From assembly GCA_913051545.1 (NCBI GenBank), contig CAJXCD010000004.1:88153-152152 (forward strand): a DNA stretch of 64,000 bases, given 5' to 3'. Below the pieces are notes generated by a model. It made no database searches and was not told the DNA's origin. It saw only the letters and a list, made by a program, of their open reading frames with translations. Below, one piece after another: positions 9,051 through 18,741 of this stretch (position 1 is its first letter; every line of letters starts with the position of its first letter). Source of the DNA: an uncultured Chloroflexota bacterium. GTDB taxonomy: Bacteria; Chloroflexota; Dehalococcoidia; Lucifugimonadales; CAJXCD01. The translations under genes were made by a program, and so were the position numbers.

Positions 9051-10265
9051 CTAGAAGGCTTCTCCCCTTATGCTATCAGCTTTATCAGTAATTTCCCATG
9101 GGAGGCCCAAATCCTCACGACCAAAGTGCCCATAAGCCGCCGTTTGTTTATATATAGGACGTCGCAAATTTAAGTCATCTATAATTGCACCGGGTCTCAA
9201 ATCGAAATACTTATCCACAAAACCAACTATTAATTCATCAGGGATCTTGTTGGTTCCGAATGTTTCTACAGACACGGAAATTGGTTCGGCCATTCCAATA
9301 GCATACGATACTTGTAACTCAAGTCTGTCCGCCAATCCAGCAGCGACCAAATTCTTAGCTACGTACCTAGCCGCGTACGCCGCTGATCTATCAACTTTCG
9401 TTGGGTCTTTACCTGAAAAAGCTCCACCACCATGCCTGGCAGCTCCGCCATAAGTGTCTACAAGAATTTTTCGACCAGTTAACCCTGCATCACCAACTGG
9501 CCCACCAGTCACAAAACGCCCAGATGGGTTAACCCAATAAACTGTATTAGCATCTCTAAGTGACTCTGGTATTACTTCGTTAGCAACTGTTTCAATCAAA
9601 TCTCGTTGAATAATTTCTTGTGAAATATCAGGGTTATGCTGCGAACTCATAACGACGGTGTGAACTCTGGTAGGGATACCCATAGAGTACTCCACCGTCA
9701 CCTGAGATTTACCATCAGGTCTTAGGTAAGGAATGCTTCCATCCTTTCGGACCTCAGCCATACGTCGAGTAATCCTATGTGCCAAGGCTATAGGCAATGG
9801 CATCAGCTCAGGAGTCTCCGTACATGCAAAACCTACCATCATGCCTTGGTCACCAGCACCAAGTTCATTCTTTATCTCTAGGCTTTTACTAGAACCATCT
9901 CTTACTTCCAAAGCTACGTCTACGCCACTAGCTATATCTTCTGACTGCTCATGAACAGATACTGCCACACCACATGATTGATAATCAAATCCGTACAAAG
10001 AATCCACATACCCAGCTGATTTTATCGTCTCCCTAGCTACAGCGGACAAATCTACGTAATCAGCCGTCGTACGTAATTCACCCATAATCATAACCAATCC
10101 AGTTGTGGTACAAACTTCAGCTGCTACACGAGCAAATGGGTCCTGCTCTAAAAAGGCATCAAGTATCGCATCAGATACTTGATCACATAACTTGTCCGGA
10201 TGACCCTCGGTAACCGACTCTGATGTGAACAAGTACAACGGTGATTGTGTAAAACTAACTGCCAT
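9051..10265 (-). CDS. metK: S-adenosylmethionine synthetase
   Basis: [53 protein letters not shown]. Confidence 0.97.
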   Translation of the reverse strand: MAVSFTQSPLYLFTSESVTEGHPDKLCDQVSDAILDAFLEQDPFARVAAEVCTTTGLVMIMGELRTTADYVDLSAVARETIKSAGYVDSLYGFDYQSCGVAVSVHEQSEDIASGVDVALEVRDGSSKSLEIKNELGAGDQGMMVGFACTETPELMPLPIALAHRITRRMAEVRKDGSIPYLRPDGKSQVTVEYSMGIPTRVHTVVMSSQHNPDISQEIIQRDLIETVANEVIPESLRDANTVYWVNPSGRFVTGGPVGDAGLTGRKILVDTYGGAARHGGGAFSGKDPTKVDRSAAYAARYVAKNLVAAGLADRLELQVSYAIGMAEPISVSVETFGTNKIPDELIVGFVDKYFDLRPGAIIDDLNLRRPIYKQTAAYGHFGREDLGLPWEITDKADSIRGEAF

Positions 10266-10362
10266 CTATAACTCTCCTAATAAACATGTTAATGTTAAGC
10301 CTGCCGGCGTCACAACACTATTTGAACCCACTCCCAACGACAGGAGCTGCAACTATTTATTC

Positions 10363-11634
10363 CTATGTTCCTATATCCCAACTATTAAGATATTGGTTCT
10401 GCTCGTCCGTCAGTGTGTCAATTTTGGTCCCCATCGATTCTAGCTTGAGTCTCCCAACCTGATCATCAATCTCTCTAGGAACAGAATAAACCTTGTTTTC
10501 CAATTTATCAGATAACTGATTTATATATTCCACTGAAAGTGCTTGATTAGCAAAGCTCATATCCATAACTGCAGATGGATGCCCCTCACCAGCTGCTAGA
10601 TTTATTAGTCTGCCTTGACCCAACAGATACAACCGCCGACCGTCTGGCATAAGATACTCTTCCACAAATTCACGCACCTCTCGACGACTTTCTGACATTT
10701 CTTCCAATGCATCGATATCTATTTCAACATTAAAGTGACCACTATTCGCAATTACTGCACCATCTTTCATAACGCTTATATGCTTGCTCCCTACAGCCTT
10801 CATTCCACCAGTAAGAGTAATGAAAATATCACCTACCTCAGAAGCTTCTTGCATAGGCATTACTCTATGTCCATCCATTGCTGCTTCAAGGGCCCTGATT
10901 GGATCGACTTCGGTTACTATTGTTTGGGACCCCATGCCCTTTGCCCTCAACGCAACCCCTTTTCCACACCATCCGTAACCACAAATAACTACATTCTTAC
11001 CAGCCCATAGCATATTGGTGGCTCTAGTTATACCATCTAAAGTACTCTGTCCAGTTCCATATCTATTATCGAAGAAATGCTTTGTGTCAGCATCGTTAAC
11101 GGCTACCATGGGGTATTGGAGTTTTCCATCCTCGGCGAGACTATTGAGTCTGATTACACCAGTAGTAGTCTCCTCCGCACCACCGATAACGTCACCAATC
11201 AATTCTTTCCGCTTAGTATGTATCAACGTTACCAGGTCGGCACCATCATCCAATGTAATATTAGGTTTGTGATCTAACGCCTCATTTATGTGCCTATAAT
11301 AAGTGTCGTTATCCTCCCCTTTTATTGCATATGTAGAAATTCCATATTCACTAACCAAAGCTGCTGCTATGTCATCTTGTGTACTCAAAGGATTGCTTGC
11401 ACACAAAGCAACTTCAGCACCTCCATCTCTCAAAGTCAAAGCTAAATTAGCAGTCTCTGACGTTACGTGTAAGCAAGCAGCAATGCGCAAACCTTTCAAT
11501 GGAAGCTCGTTGGCAAAACGATCTCTCACCATCCGCAATACTGGCATTTCAAGTGCCGCCCACTCTAAGCGCCTTACACCCTCTGGCGCTAGGTTCAAAT
11601 CTTTCACATCGCCTTTTGCACCATTTGTTGTCAA
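10363..11634 (-). CDS. ahcY: Adenosylhomocysteinase
   Basis: 423 aa. [12 protein letters not shown] and NAD-binding [11 protein letters not shown] motifs. Confidence 0.95.
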   Translation of the reverse strand: MTTNGAKGDVKDLNLAPEGVRRLEWAALEMPVLRMVRDRFANELPLKGLRIAACLHVTSETANLALTLRDGGAEVALCASNPLSTQDDIAAALVSEYGISTYAIKGEDNDTYYRHINEALDHKPNITLDDGADLVTLIHTKRKELIGDVIGGAEETTTGVIRLNSLAEDGKLQYPMVAVNDADTKHFFDNRYGTGQSTLDGITRATNMLWAGKNVVICGYGWCGKGVALRAKGMGSQTIVTEVDPIRALEAAMDGHRVMPMQEASEVGDIFITLTGGMKAVGSKHISVMKDGAVIANSGHFNVEIDIDALEEMSESRREVREFVEEYLMPDGRRLYLLGQGRLINLAAGEGHPSAVMDMSFANQALSVEYINQLSDKLENKVYSVPREIDDQVGRLKLESMGTKIDTLTDEQNQYLNSWDIGT

Positions 11635-11693
11635 ACTGATCCTCCTACCCTATCTCATTATATGTCGCTGAAAATTATACCCTAAGAACTTAC

Positions 11694-12665
11694 TTAGAAG
11701 TGAGAAATACCAGGAAGGGATTGCCCATCCCCCAACGGTTCAAATCGCGTCATTTCGTACAAAATATTGAATCGTTTTTCTATATTCGTGCTTCCTGCCG
11801 ACACTACCCTGTCAGGACCAAAACTTTCCACAGCCAAAGATCCCATTACTGACCCCAAAATTACTGCTCTTCTGAATCCAGCCTGGCTGAAATCCTGTGT
11901 AGCGGCGATATAACCTACGAATCCACCAGCAAAAGAATCCCCAGCGCCTGTAGGATCCACAACTTTCTTAACCGGGAAAGCAGGAGCAGAGAATATCGAA
12001 TCCCTTTGGAACATCAAAACTCCGTGCTCACCACGCTTAACTACCACAGTAGACGGACCTATATCCATGACTTTTTGAGCTGCTCTAGTTATATTAACTT
12101 CCGCTGAAAAAGACCTGATTTCGTGCTCATCCATAAACGCTACATCTGCCTTAGACAAAGCTTCCTTTAACTCAGATATATTCCCTTCTATCCAAAAGTT
12201 CATCGTATCTAATGCAACCATCCTAGGGCGCACCTTCATCTGATCTAAAACGCTGAGCTGTAAATGTGGCTGAATATTTGCTAGAAAAAGGTATGGCTTG
12301 GAATTATGTATATCCGTTAGATCCGGTGAAAACTCAGAAAATACATTTAGGTCTGTGTTTAGTGTGGTTCTTTCATTTACATCCTCAGTGCTGTACAGAC
12401 CAGACCATCGAAACGAGTCTCCTTCAACTTTTTCTAGACCGCTCGTTTCCACACCCTTGTCACTGAAAAGATCAAGATGTTCCTGCAAAAAATCTGAACC
12501 CACAACCGCCACGAGACTAACAGAAGCAAAATGGCTCACAGAAAGGGAAAAATAGGTTGCTGAACCTCCAATAACATCTGAAACTGCCCCTACAGGCGTA
12601 GTGACTGAATCATACGCTACAGAACCTACTACAAGCACTCCATTATCATTTCGATTCATAATCAA
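11694..12665 (-). CDS. PfkB-family sugar/nucleoside kinase (adenosine kinase suggested by context only)
   Basis: VVGSVAYD N-terminus and DPTGAGDSFAGGFVGYIA PfkB signature. Sits immediately upstream of ahcY-metK on the same strand. Confidence 0.75.
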   Translation of the reverse strand: MIMNRNDNGVLVVGSVAYDSVTTPVGAVSDVIGGSATYFSLSVSHFASVSLVAVVGSDFLQEHLDLFSDKGVETSGLEKVEGDSFRWSGLYSTEDVNERTTLNTDLNVFSEFSPDLTDIHNSKPYLFLANIQPHLQLSVLDQMKVRPRMVALDTMNFWIEGNISELKEALSKADVAFMDEHEIRSFSAEVNITRAAQKVMDIGPSTVVVKRGEHGVLMFQRDSIFSAPAFPVKKVVDPTGAGDSFAGGFVGYIAATQDFSQAGFRRAVILGSVMGSLAVESFGPDRVVSAGSTNIEKRFNILYEMTRFEPLGDGQSLPGISHF

Positions 12666-12670
12666 TCAAA

Positions 12671-13024
12671 CTACCTATCTGAACCGTAACTTGTAGGAAG
12701 TCCCTTATCTATCCAGGCAGGAGTACCATCCTCAATATTGTACAAATTATCACTGCCTAATCCCATGGCCGCGACCATTTCGCAGGCTAATCCACTTCTG
12801 ACTCCTTGTGCACAGATAAACAACAGCTTAGTGTCCTTTGGAAGTTCTTCTATACGACTGAACATATCGTCTACAGGAATTGATATTGCTCCTTTAACAT
12901 GACCAGCCTCATATTCATCTGGCCTACGAACATCGATAACAACACCATCATTCTGATCGTGCAGGGTAAATGCTTCATCCAAATTTATGCGTTGATACGG
13001 TTCACCTGGCTCCTGTCTTGGCAT
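12671..13024 (-). CDS. Single-domain rhodanese sulfurtransferase
   Basis: Active-site loop CAQGVRSG. Best start is ATG 13024 (MPRQEPG), preceded by GGAGG; the ORF-track start 13048 looks like an extension. Confidence 0.8.
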   Translation of the reverse strand: MPRQEPGEPYQRINLDEAFTLHDQNDGVVIDVRRPDEYEAGHVKGAISIPVDDMFSRIEELPKDTKLLFICAQGVRSGLACEMVAAMGLGSDNLYNIEDGTPAWIDKGLPTSYGSDR

Positions 13025-13238
13025 AATTACCTCCATTACTTTGAACACTGACGTAGGTCAGAAAACGAAAATGTAACCGCATTAACAACTTTACCAACCC
13101 ATTGAACTCTTTAATTTTCGTAACGCACGAAACAATCCGTTTCAATCGGTGAATTAGATAATCTTAAAGAGAGAATATATTTCTAAACCTATTCGCTACA
13201 AAAACGCATCGTAATCGAACTACGTTGCACATTCAAAA

Positions 13239-13267
13239 ATCGTACTACTACTACCTAGGGGTGTCAA
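13239..13267 (-). promoter_or_regulatory. Putative sigma70-type promoter (TTGACA-17-TACGAT) of the rhodanese-kinase-ahcY-metK operon
   Basis: Minus-strand TTGACA (plus 13262-13267), 17-nt spacer, TACGAT (plus 13239-13244). Implies a leader of about 200 nt. Confidence 0.35.
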
Positions 13268-13372
13268 GATTAACAACATGTATATAGCATAATTTTTTAT
13301 GATCGAAACACCAGATGATTTGCATATACGAGTTCAATTCTTGCGACGAACCAATTTTCGCTTCTACACTCA

Positions 13373-14506
13373 CTACTCGAGATGCCCAAGACCGTGGAAA
13401 GGAAATATGTGTTTTCTTATTTCAGCTACGCTGCCTTCAGCAAATTTTCTGGCTTTTTCATGAATTTTATAACCAAATGTAAAACTGTCATCATCTGAAA
13501 GCGCATATACCTCATGTACACCACCATATGAAAGTGGTATTTGGTCTTGTAATTCATACTCACACATCACTCCGTAAGCAGAAGCCCACCCCCTGGCAAC
13601 AGCTTGCAAGTCATACCCACCGCCACCAAGACCCATCCATTTTGCACTCACTTTACTGAATTCTTTAACTACGTCCCGAAATCCCTGAACAGTTAATGCT
13701 AGGTGTGTAATTGGATCACGAAAATGAGAATCAATTCCTAGCTGAGTAACCAATATATCCGGTTTAAATTTTTCTAGTACAGTTGGTACAACTTGCCTGA
13801 AGGCCCAAAGATATATGTCATCTGTAGTATATGGATAAAGAGGCAAATTTATGGAATATCCCCTGCCTTTACCTGATCCAAACTCTTCCACAGCACCAGT
13901 CCCAGGGAATATATAATTTCCAGACTCATGAATCGATATTGTCAATACAGAATCTGTATCGTAAAAAGCATGCTGGACTCCATCACCATGGTGACAATCG
14001 ATATCTACATACGCAACTTTCATACTATCACTCAGGAAACGTTTAATAGCCATTACAGGATCATTAAAGATACAGAAACCAGAGGCGTATTGAGGCATAG
14101 CATGATGTAATCCACCGGATATATTCATGACGGAATCATATGTATCTGATAACAACAATTCTGCAGATAACATTGAGGCCCCAGATGACCACAGTGCTGA
14201 TTCGTACATATTAGAATATACAGGGTTATCTGCAGTTCCAAAACCAAATGAACCTAAGTCTGCCGTTTCCTTACCTTCGCTTACCCGGCTAACTGCATCA
14301 ACATAACGACTTGAATGAAAGCTTAATACCTCTTCATACTTGGCTAGGCGTGGTTTTACTACGCTTACTCTTGAATCATCAAAAATACCGTAACTATTCA
14401 ACAAATCATACGTATATTGTAATCTTATGGGTTTAAGCGGATGCTTCGGACTCAAAACATGTTGAGACAAAATCTGATCATATACAAAAGCTGATCTGTA
14501 GGACAT
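13373..14506 (-). CDS. Histone-deacetylase-family deacetylase (AcuC/acetylpolyamine amidohydrolase-like)
   Basis: GGLHHAMPQYASGFCIFNDPV and DIDCHHGDGVQHAFY motifs. Confidence 0.85.
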   Translation of the reverse strand: MSYRSAFVYDQILSQHVLSPKHPLKPIRLQYTYDLLNSYGIFDDSRVSVVKPRLAKYEEVLSFHSSRYVDAVSRVSEGKETADLGSFGFGTADNPVYSNMYESALWSSGASMLSAELLLSDTYDSVMNISGGLHHAMPQYASGFCIFNDPVMAIKRFLSDSMKVAYVDIDCHHGDGVQHAFYDTDSVLTISIHESGNYIFPGTGAVEEFGSGKGRGYSINLPLYPYTTDDIYLWAFRQVVPTVLEKFKPDILVTQLGIDSHFRDPITHLALTVQGFRDVVKEFSKVSAKWMGLGGGGYDLQAVARGWASAYGVMCEYELQDQIPLSYGGVHEVYALSDDDSFTFGYKIHEKARKFAEGSVAEIRKHIFPFHGLGHLE

Positions 14507-14546
14507 AAAATCACCTGCATAGCCTGAAATTTTACTGCAACAACAA

Positions 14547-15200
14547 CTAAATTCCTACAAATTTTATCGACGTATTTGTCTTGTGTAATTTGTTCAAATT
14601 TATTAGCAAAGCTACAAAGTTCTCCAAGAAGACTGAATTTTCTAATCCCCCACCATTAACTGCACGTATGCCATGAATCTTTTCGGCAATGTCCATAACT
14701 AACCGACGAGTATCATCTCTGTCAGAGCATACAACAACATCAGCATTTATAGGACTATTAATATCCAGTAGATCGCTGTGACTAATAGTCTGAAATGCAG
14801 ATACAACTGATGAATTCGGTAACAGTTTCTTTACTTGCATTGCAGCCGATCCTTCGTCGACTGGTATCGCCATAGCAACCCCTTCACGAAAGTGTATTGG
14901 GGCAACAACTACGACAACTGTTTTACCATCAATAAATTTCTCCAAGGCTTTCAAGGTTGGAATTTGAGCAATGTACGGAACTGCTATGAAAATTAAATCT
15001 GCGGCAACTGCTACTTCCTCGTTAGATAATCCAACAGCATCAATCTCAGGATAACATTCCAATAGACTATCTAAAGCCGCCTGGGCTTTATTTTTATTCC
15101 TAGATCCAATATATATACGCAGCCCAGCTAATCCTAATCTTAAGGAGAGTCCTTTCCCCTCAGGACCAGTGCCACCAATAATTCCAATCGAGTCTTTCAA
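14547..15200 (-). CDS. npdG: NADPH-dependent F420 reductase
   Basis: IGIIGGTGPEGKGLSLRLGLAGLRIYIGSRNKNKA resembles the Fno/NpdG N-terminal dinucleotide fold; 217 aa. Confidence 0.7.
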   Translation of the reverse strand: MKDSIGIIGGTGPEGKGLSLRLGLAGLRIYIGSRNKNKAQAALDSLLECYPEIDAVGLSNEEVAVAADLIFIAVPYIAQIPTLKALEKFIDGKTVVVVVAPIHFREGVAMAIPVDEGSAAMQVKKLLPNSSVVSAFQTISHSDLLDINSPINADVVVCSDRDDTRRLVMDIAEKIHGIRAVNGGGLENSVFLENFVALLINLNKLHKTNTSIKFVGI

Positions 15201-15306
15201 TATATAAATCCTATACTATCTATAATTAGCGAGTTGAGTTAAAAGCAAAATAGTTTAAATTCGACTGCTATACAGATAACATGCAAACTAACTTCTACAT
15301 AAAACG

Positions 15307-15585
15307 TTAACTATTTGACATAGGACGTACATCAGCCTCCACTAATAATCCTTTATCGTCCGTGAAAAGGTCCCAAGGGTGAAAAGATTCTACGAAAGCT
15401 TTTGCCTCCTCCATAGATTCGATACCTTTCTCAGCTCGGCCAGGATCATACCCAAATGTTTTGGCAAATGCATCAAATCCTCTTTTAGTTATCCTAACTC
15501 CACCAACTTCCTCTTCGGAGCCTCCAGGCCCGGAACCAAGGACCAATCTCTGACCTTTTCTAGTCTCCTGCCAATACAATTCCAT
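15307..15585 (-). CDS. Hypothetical protein (92 aa)
   Basis: Open frame. Best start is ATG 15585 (MELYWQ), 6 nt after AGGGAG. No family recognised. Confidence 0.45.
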   Translation of the reverse strand: MELYWQETRKGQRLVLGSGPGGSEEEVGGVRITKRGFDAFAKTFGYDPGRAEKGIESMEEAKAFVESFHPWDLFTDDKGLLVEADVRPMSNS

Positions 15586-15791
15586 TGTAGTCTCCCTAAT
15601 CATCTACTTCTAATGATTTTTTATAATTTCTGAAATTAATATGCATACACTATCAAATTACGAAAACAAATCCCACCAGTAACTAAGAAAACATAGGCAA
15701 TCATACTAAGAGTGCAGTGACCTAATATTAGATAAATAGTTGATTCTAGCCTTACAAAATCCCACTGAATCTTTAATATACGAAATGCACC

Positions 15792-15820
15792 TTGACATGA
15801 CTTGTGTGCCGTGGTACTTT
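15792..15820 (+). promoter_or_regulatory. Putative lexA promoter (TTGACA-17-TACTTT)
   Basis: TTGACA 15792-15797, 17-nt spacer, TACTTT 15815-15820, about 40 nt upstream of the lexA ATG. Confidence 0.5.
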
Positions 15821-15838
15821 TGTTCCGAACATACGTAC
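15814..15838. promoter_or_regulatory. Two abutting Cheo-type SOS boxes (candidate LexA operators)
   Basis: GTACTTTTGTTC (15814-15825), C, GAACATACGTAC (15827-15838). Each is one mismatch from GAAC-N4-GTTC. They overlap the predicted -10 of lexA. Confidence 0.55.
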
Positions 15839-15860
15839 TCATTTCCTAACGGAGAATACC

Positions 15861-16502
15861 ATGAAAAAATTATCTCCTCGACAACAATCTATTTTTGATT
15901 TCATTGCTCAGTTCATTCAAAATCATCAATATCCTCCATCTGTCAGAGATATACAAAATGGATGTAATATTAGTTCTACATCTGTCGTTGATTATAATTT
16001 AAGGATATTACAAAGGGAGGGGTACCTCCGAAGAGAAGCAGAAGTTTCTCGAGGAATAGAACTACTGCAGGAAACATCCTTGAGTCAAAACAGAAACTAT
16101 ATCAACGTACCTGTGCTTGGAAACATAGCTGCCGGAGAACCATTAGGCATACCTCCCTCCGAGACTTGGCACTCTAATAGTATAGACAACGTGGAACTCC
16201 CGCCATTCCTAATACAGGATAAAAAAGAGGTGTTCGCTCTGCGAGTTAAGGGAGAATCTATGATAGACGCATTAGTAGCTGACGGGGACTTGGTACTAAT
16301 GGAACCTATTGATAATCCAAATAACGGCGACATGGTGGCTGCAATGCTAAAAGACAAAGAAGAGGTAACATTGAAACATTTCTATATTCAGGATGGGACG
16401 GTAACTCTTCAGCCAGCAAACAGTCGTATGGAAGCCATTAAAGTACCTGCTGAAAATATATCTGTGCAGGGACGAGTAGTCGGAGTAATTAGATCTATTT
16501 AA
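15861..16502 (+). CDS. lexA: LexA repressor
   Basis: N-terminal wHTH (PSVRDIQNGCNISSTSVV), Ala-Gly cleavage site NIAAGEP, S24 peptidase VKGESMIDA and downstream TLKHF Lys. ATG 15861 after GGAGA; the ORF-track start 15804 is an extension. Confidence 0.9.
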   Translation: MKKLSPRQQSIFDFIAQFIQNHQYPPSVRDIQNGCNISSTSVVDYNLRILQREGYLRREAEVSRGIELLQETSLSQNRNYINVPVLGNIAAGEPLGIPPSETWHSNSIDNVELPPFLIQDKKEVFALRVKGESMIDALVADGDLVLMEPIDNPNNGDMVAAMLKDKEEVTLKHFYIQDGTVTLQPANSRMEAIKVPAENISVQGRVVGVIRSI

Positions 16503-16613
16503 CAAACATAAATATCTTTACTGTCCGCTCATTCGAACGCTAGGAATTGACTGAAGGAAACTTCAGTAATATCATGTCTTCAGGATGTCAGTAATTTATG
16601 GAGGATGAGACAA

Positions 16614-16808
16614 ATGCCATTCGTTAATGGTATCGGTGCCCCTGAGCTAGTAATAATACTTGTCATTGTAATGATCATTTTTGGGGTAGGGCGGCTGCCA
16701 GAAATCGGTGGTGCGTTAGGTAAAGCCATCCGTGAATTCCGCTCATCTCAAAGTAGTAATTCAAACACAGAAACCAAGCTCGAGTCTGACGCCAAAAATG
16801 ATAAGTAG
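16614..16808 (+). CDS. tatA: Twin-arginine translocase subunit TatA
   Basis: [39 protein letters not shown] 16614 lies 8 nt after GGAGGA. Confidence 0.9.
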   Translation: MPFVNGIGAPELVIILVIVMIIFGVGRLPEIGGALGKAIREFRSSQSSNSNTETKLESDAKNDK

Positions 16809-16913
16809 TTAGCACTATAGCATTAGTATTTTGAGGCACTTACAGCTGGACTTTCCTAGAAGGCGCGATCCGTATTCTTAGACTGTCCAATCGACTATGT
16901 CAAATCATTCGTT

Positions 16914-17672
16914 CTACTGCTCATCAGTATTTAATCCAAGCTTAGATTTATCTCCACTGTAACCCACTCTAGCTAACAATATCCCAATTTCGTACATAAC
17001 TATCACTGGTAAAGCTACAAGTGCTTGGTTTACAGGATCGAATGTGGGTGTAATTACTGCCCCTATAATAAATGCGACTACGATTGCATATCGCCTATTC
17101 CTAGCCATAAAGTCTGGTGTAACCACACCAATTTTGGAAAGGAAAAATGCAACAATCGGAGTTTCGAAGACTAAGCCCATCCAAAATAATAATGTAACCA
17201 TTAAACTAGTGTAGTTACCTATCCTTATGTATGGTGTCGCTACATCCGCTCCAAAAGAAAGTAGAAATTTGACAGCTGGAGGAAATATAATCTTGTATCC
17301 AAACATACCACCCAAAAAGAAAGCTGTTAGCGCTCCAGGGATAAGTAAATACAAGTATTTTTTCTCTTGGCCACTAAGACCAGGAGATATAAACCTGACC
17401 ACTTGAAAAAGTATGAATGGGAACGATAAAATAACACCACCTAAAAGAGAAACTCTTATGGCAACTCCTATAAATTCCGTTAAATCTGTATATATAGGCT
17501 TACCTGTCGGCATCTCAGAAAAACCTTCAGCAGGACTCATAAGCACTGATAAAATCGGTTGGTGGAATATGAAAGACACTGCAGTGCAAGCTATAACAAC
17601 CAAAACGGACCATGTCAAACGGGACCTTAACTCTAGCAAGTGTGATTTCACAGGTAACCGTTTATCATTCAC
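16914..17672 (-). CDS. tatC: Twin-arginine translocase subunit TatC
   Basis: 252 aa with six hydrophobic helices and an HLLELRSRL N-terminal motif. GTG start overlaps the upstream stop (GTGA). Confidence 0.9.
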   Translation of the reverse strand: MNDKRLPVKSHLLELRSRLTWSVLVVIACTAVSFIFHQPILSVLMSPAEGFSEMPTGKPIYTDLTEFIGVAIRVSLLGGVILSFPFILFQVVRFISPGLSGQEKKYLYLLIPGALTAFFLGGMFGYKIIFPPAVKFLLSFGADVATPYIRIGNYTSLMVTLLFWMGLVFETPIVAFFLSKIGVVTPDFMARNRRYAIVVAFIIGAVITPTFDPVNQALVALPVIVMYEIGILLARVGYSGDKSKLGLNTDEQ

Positions 17673-18007
17673 CGACTATCATCTCCTAGAGAATTCTGAC
17701 TAGAAGACACTTGACAACCTTGATCAGAACTAACTTGCTTAAAATTAACTGGCCCTTCATTGTCTGAGGTTATATCAGAAGAATCTGATCTCTTTTCTTC
17801 GTCTGTGCTTGATGATTGTGCTTCAGTAGAAATTAACTCGTTCTGATCAATCGAAAATCGAGGAATTTCCTCAGAAATACGCCTAACTTCCTTAACCGCT
17901 TTCCCAATTAAACGTGCAAATTCTACCATTTTATTTGGACCTAGCAGAATAAACGCCAAGATCAGTATAACCAAAATTTCCATAGTACCTATACCAAAAA
18001 AAGTCAT
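17669..18007 (-). CDS. TatA/B-family protein (TatB-like) with Ser/Asp-rich tail
   Basis: MTFFGIGTMEILVILILAFILLGPNKMVEFARLIGKAVKEVRR. Start overlaps the maf stop (ATGA). Confidence 0.7.
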   Translation of the reverse strand: MTFFGIGTMEILVILILAFILLGPNKMVEFARLIGKAVKEVRRISEEIPRFSIDQNELISTEAQSSSTDEEKRSDSSDITSDNEGPVNFKQVSSDQGCQVSSSQNSLGDDSR

Positions 18008-18681
18008 AGGACTAAATCACTTCCACTTAATGACGAATGACCATTTACGCATTTTTCCAAAAAATCACAGTCCAAAGATAATTTCGTGTCAATACCAGCA
18101 TCTTTTATTAGTTCAATAACGCTACACATAGGTAACCCTACTACGTTTAGATAGCACCCAAGGATAAAATTTGCTGGTTTGAAGGAAGTATCTTGAATCG
18201 CATACCCACCAGCCTTATCAAATGGCTCTCCCGAATCTACGTACCCTTCAATTTCTAAATCAGAAATCATACGAATCTCAACATCACTAACCTTAACTCT
18301 GTGAGAAATCAACCCTGACAAACTTTCAAGCAATACTACTCCAGTAATGACTTGATGAACACCTCCTCTCAATTCCTCTAGCATTATTACCGCTTCTTGG
18401 CGATTCCTAGGCTTACCTAAGATTTTATCACCTAATACAACAACTGTATCTGCACTAAGAATGTAACCATCCCTTATTTCTGACTCAACATCTCTCGCCT
18501 TTTGAAGGGCGATACGAACCACCATTTCAGCAGGTGATTCATTATCTCTTCTAGGCTGCTCATTACCTGACGGGGTCAACACAGGTACTCGAGGCCACAC
18601 CGAAGATATTATATTTTTTCGTCTAGGTGAAGACGAAGCCAAAACGAGAAAATTCGGATCATAAGAAGTTTTAAATTTCAT
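18004..18681 (-). CDS. maf: Maf-family nucleoside triphosphate pyrophosphatase
   Basis: LVLASSSPRRKNI N-terminal motif and AGGYAIQD C-terminal motif. Confidence 0.85.
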   Translation of the reverse strand: MKFKTSYDPNFLVLASSSPRRKNIISSVWPRVPVLTPSGNEQPRRDNESPAEMVVRIALQKARDVESEIRDGYILSADTVVVLGDKILGKPRNRQEAVIMLEELRGGVHQVITGVVLLESLSGLISHRVKVSDVEIRMISDLEIEGYVDSGEPFDKAGGYAIQDTSFKPANFILGCYLNVVGLPMCSVIELIKDAGIDTKLSLDCDFLEKCVNGHSSLSGSDLVL

Positions 18682-18741
18682 TATTTGTCAGTAAATATTC
18701 GTAAAAATTAGTTCCCCTAATCTTGAACCCATCAAAGTAAT

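Noticed and set aside
10266-10362. A possible SAM riboswitch in the 97-nt gap upstream of metK.
   Set aside because: I could not recognise any SAM-I/II/III/V/VI or SAM/SAH core sequence or a convincing pseudoknot. metK is also probably co-transcribed with ahcY. This needs a covariance-model scan to be excluded formally.
13325-13350. A tRNA T-arm-like string (GAGTTCAATTC). More generally, I searched for tRNA/tmRNA/RNase P/SRP motifs in the larger intergenic gaps (13049-13372, 22409-22828, 26740-27012, 29649-29935, 57356-57574).
   Set aside because: I could not build an acceptor stem or cloverleaf, and I saw no GGTTCGAATCC-type T-loop, RNase P GAGGAAAGTCC or tmRNA tag frame. tRNAscan/Infernal would be the decisive check.
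15636-15842. A 68-aa minus-strand ORF with a hydrophobic C-terminal half. Its ATG abuts the lexA SOS boxes, so I considered an SOS-induced small membrane toxin (TisB/DinQ-like).
   Set aside because: Its promoter would have to lie inside the lexA leader or coding region. The only RBS-like AGGAA is directly adjacent to the ATG. The ORF fills an AT-rich intergenic region where random ORFs are expected. No further support is visible in the sequence.
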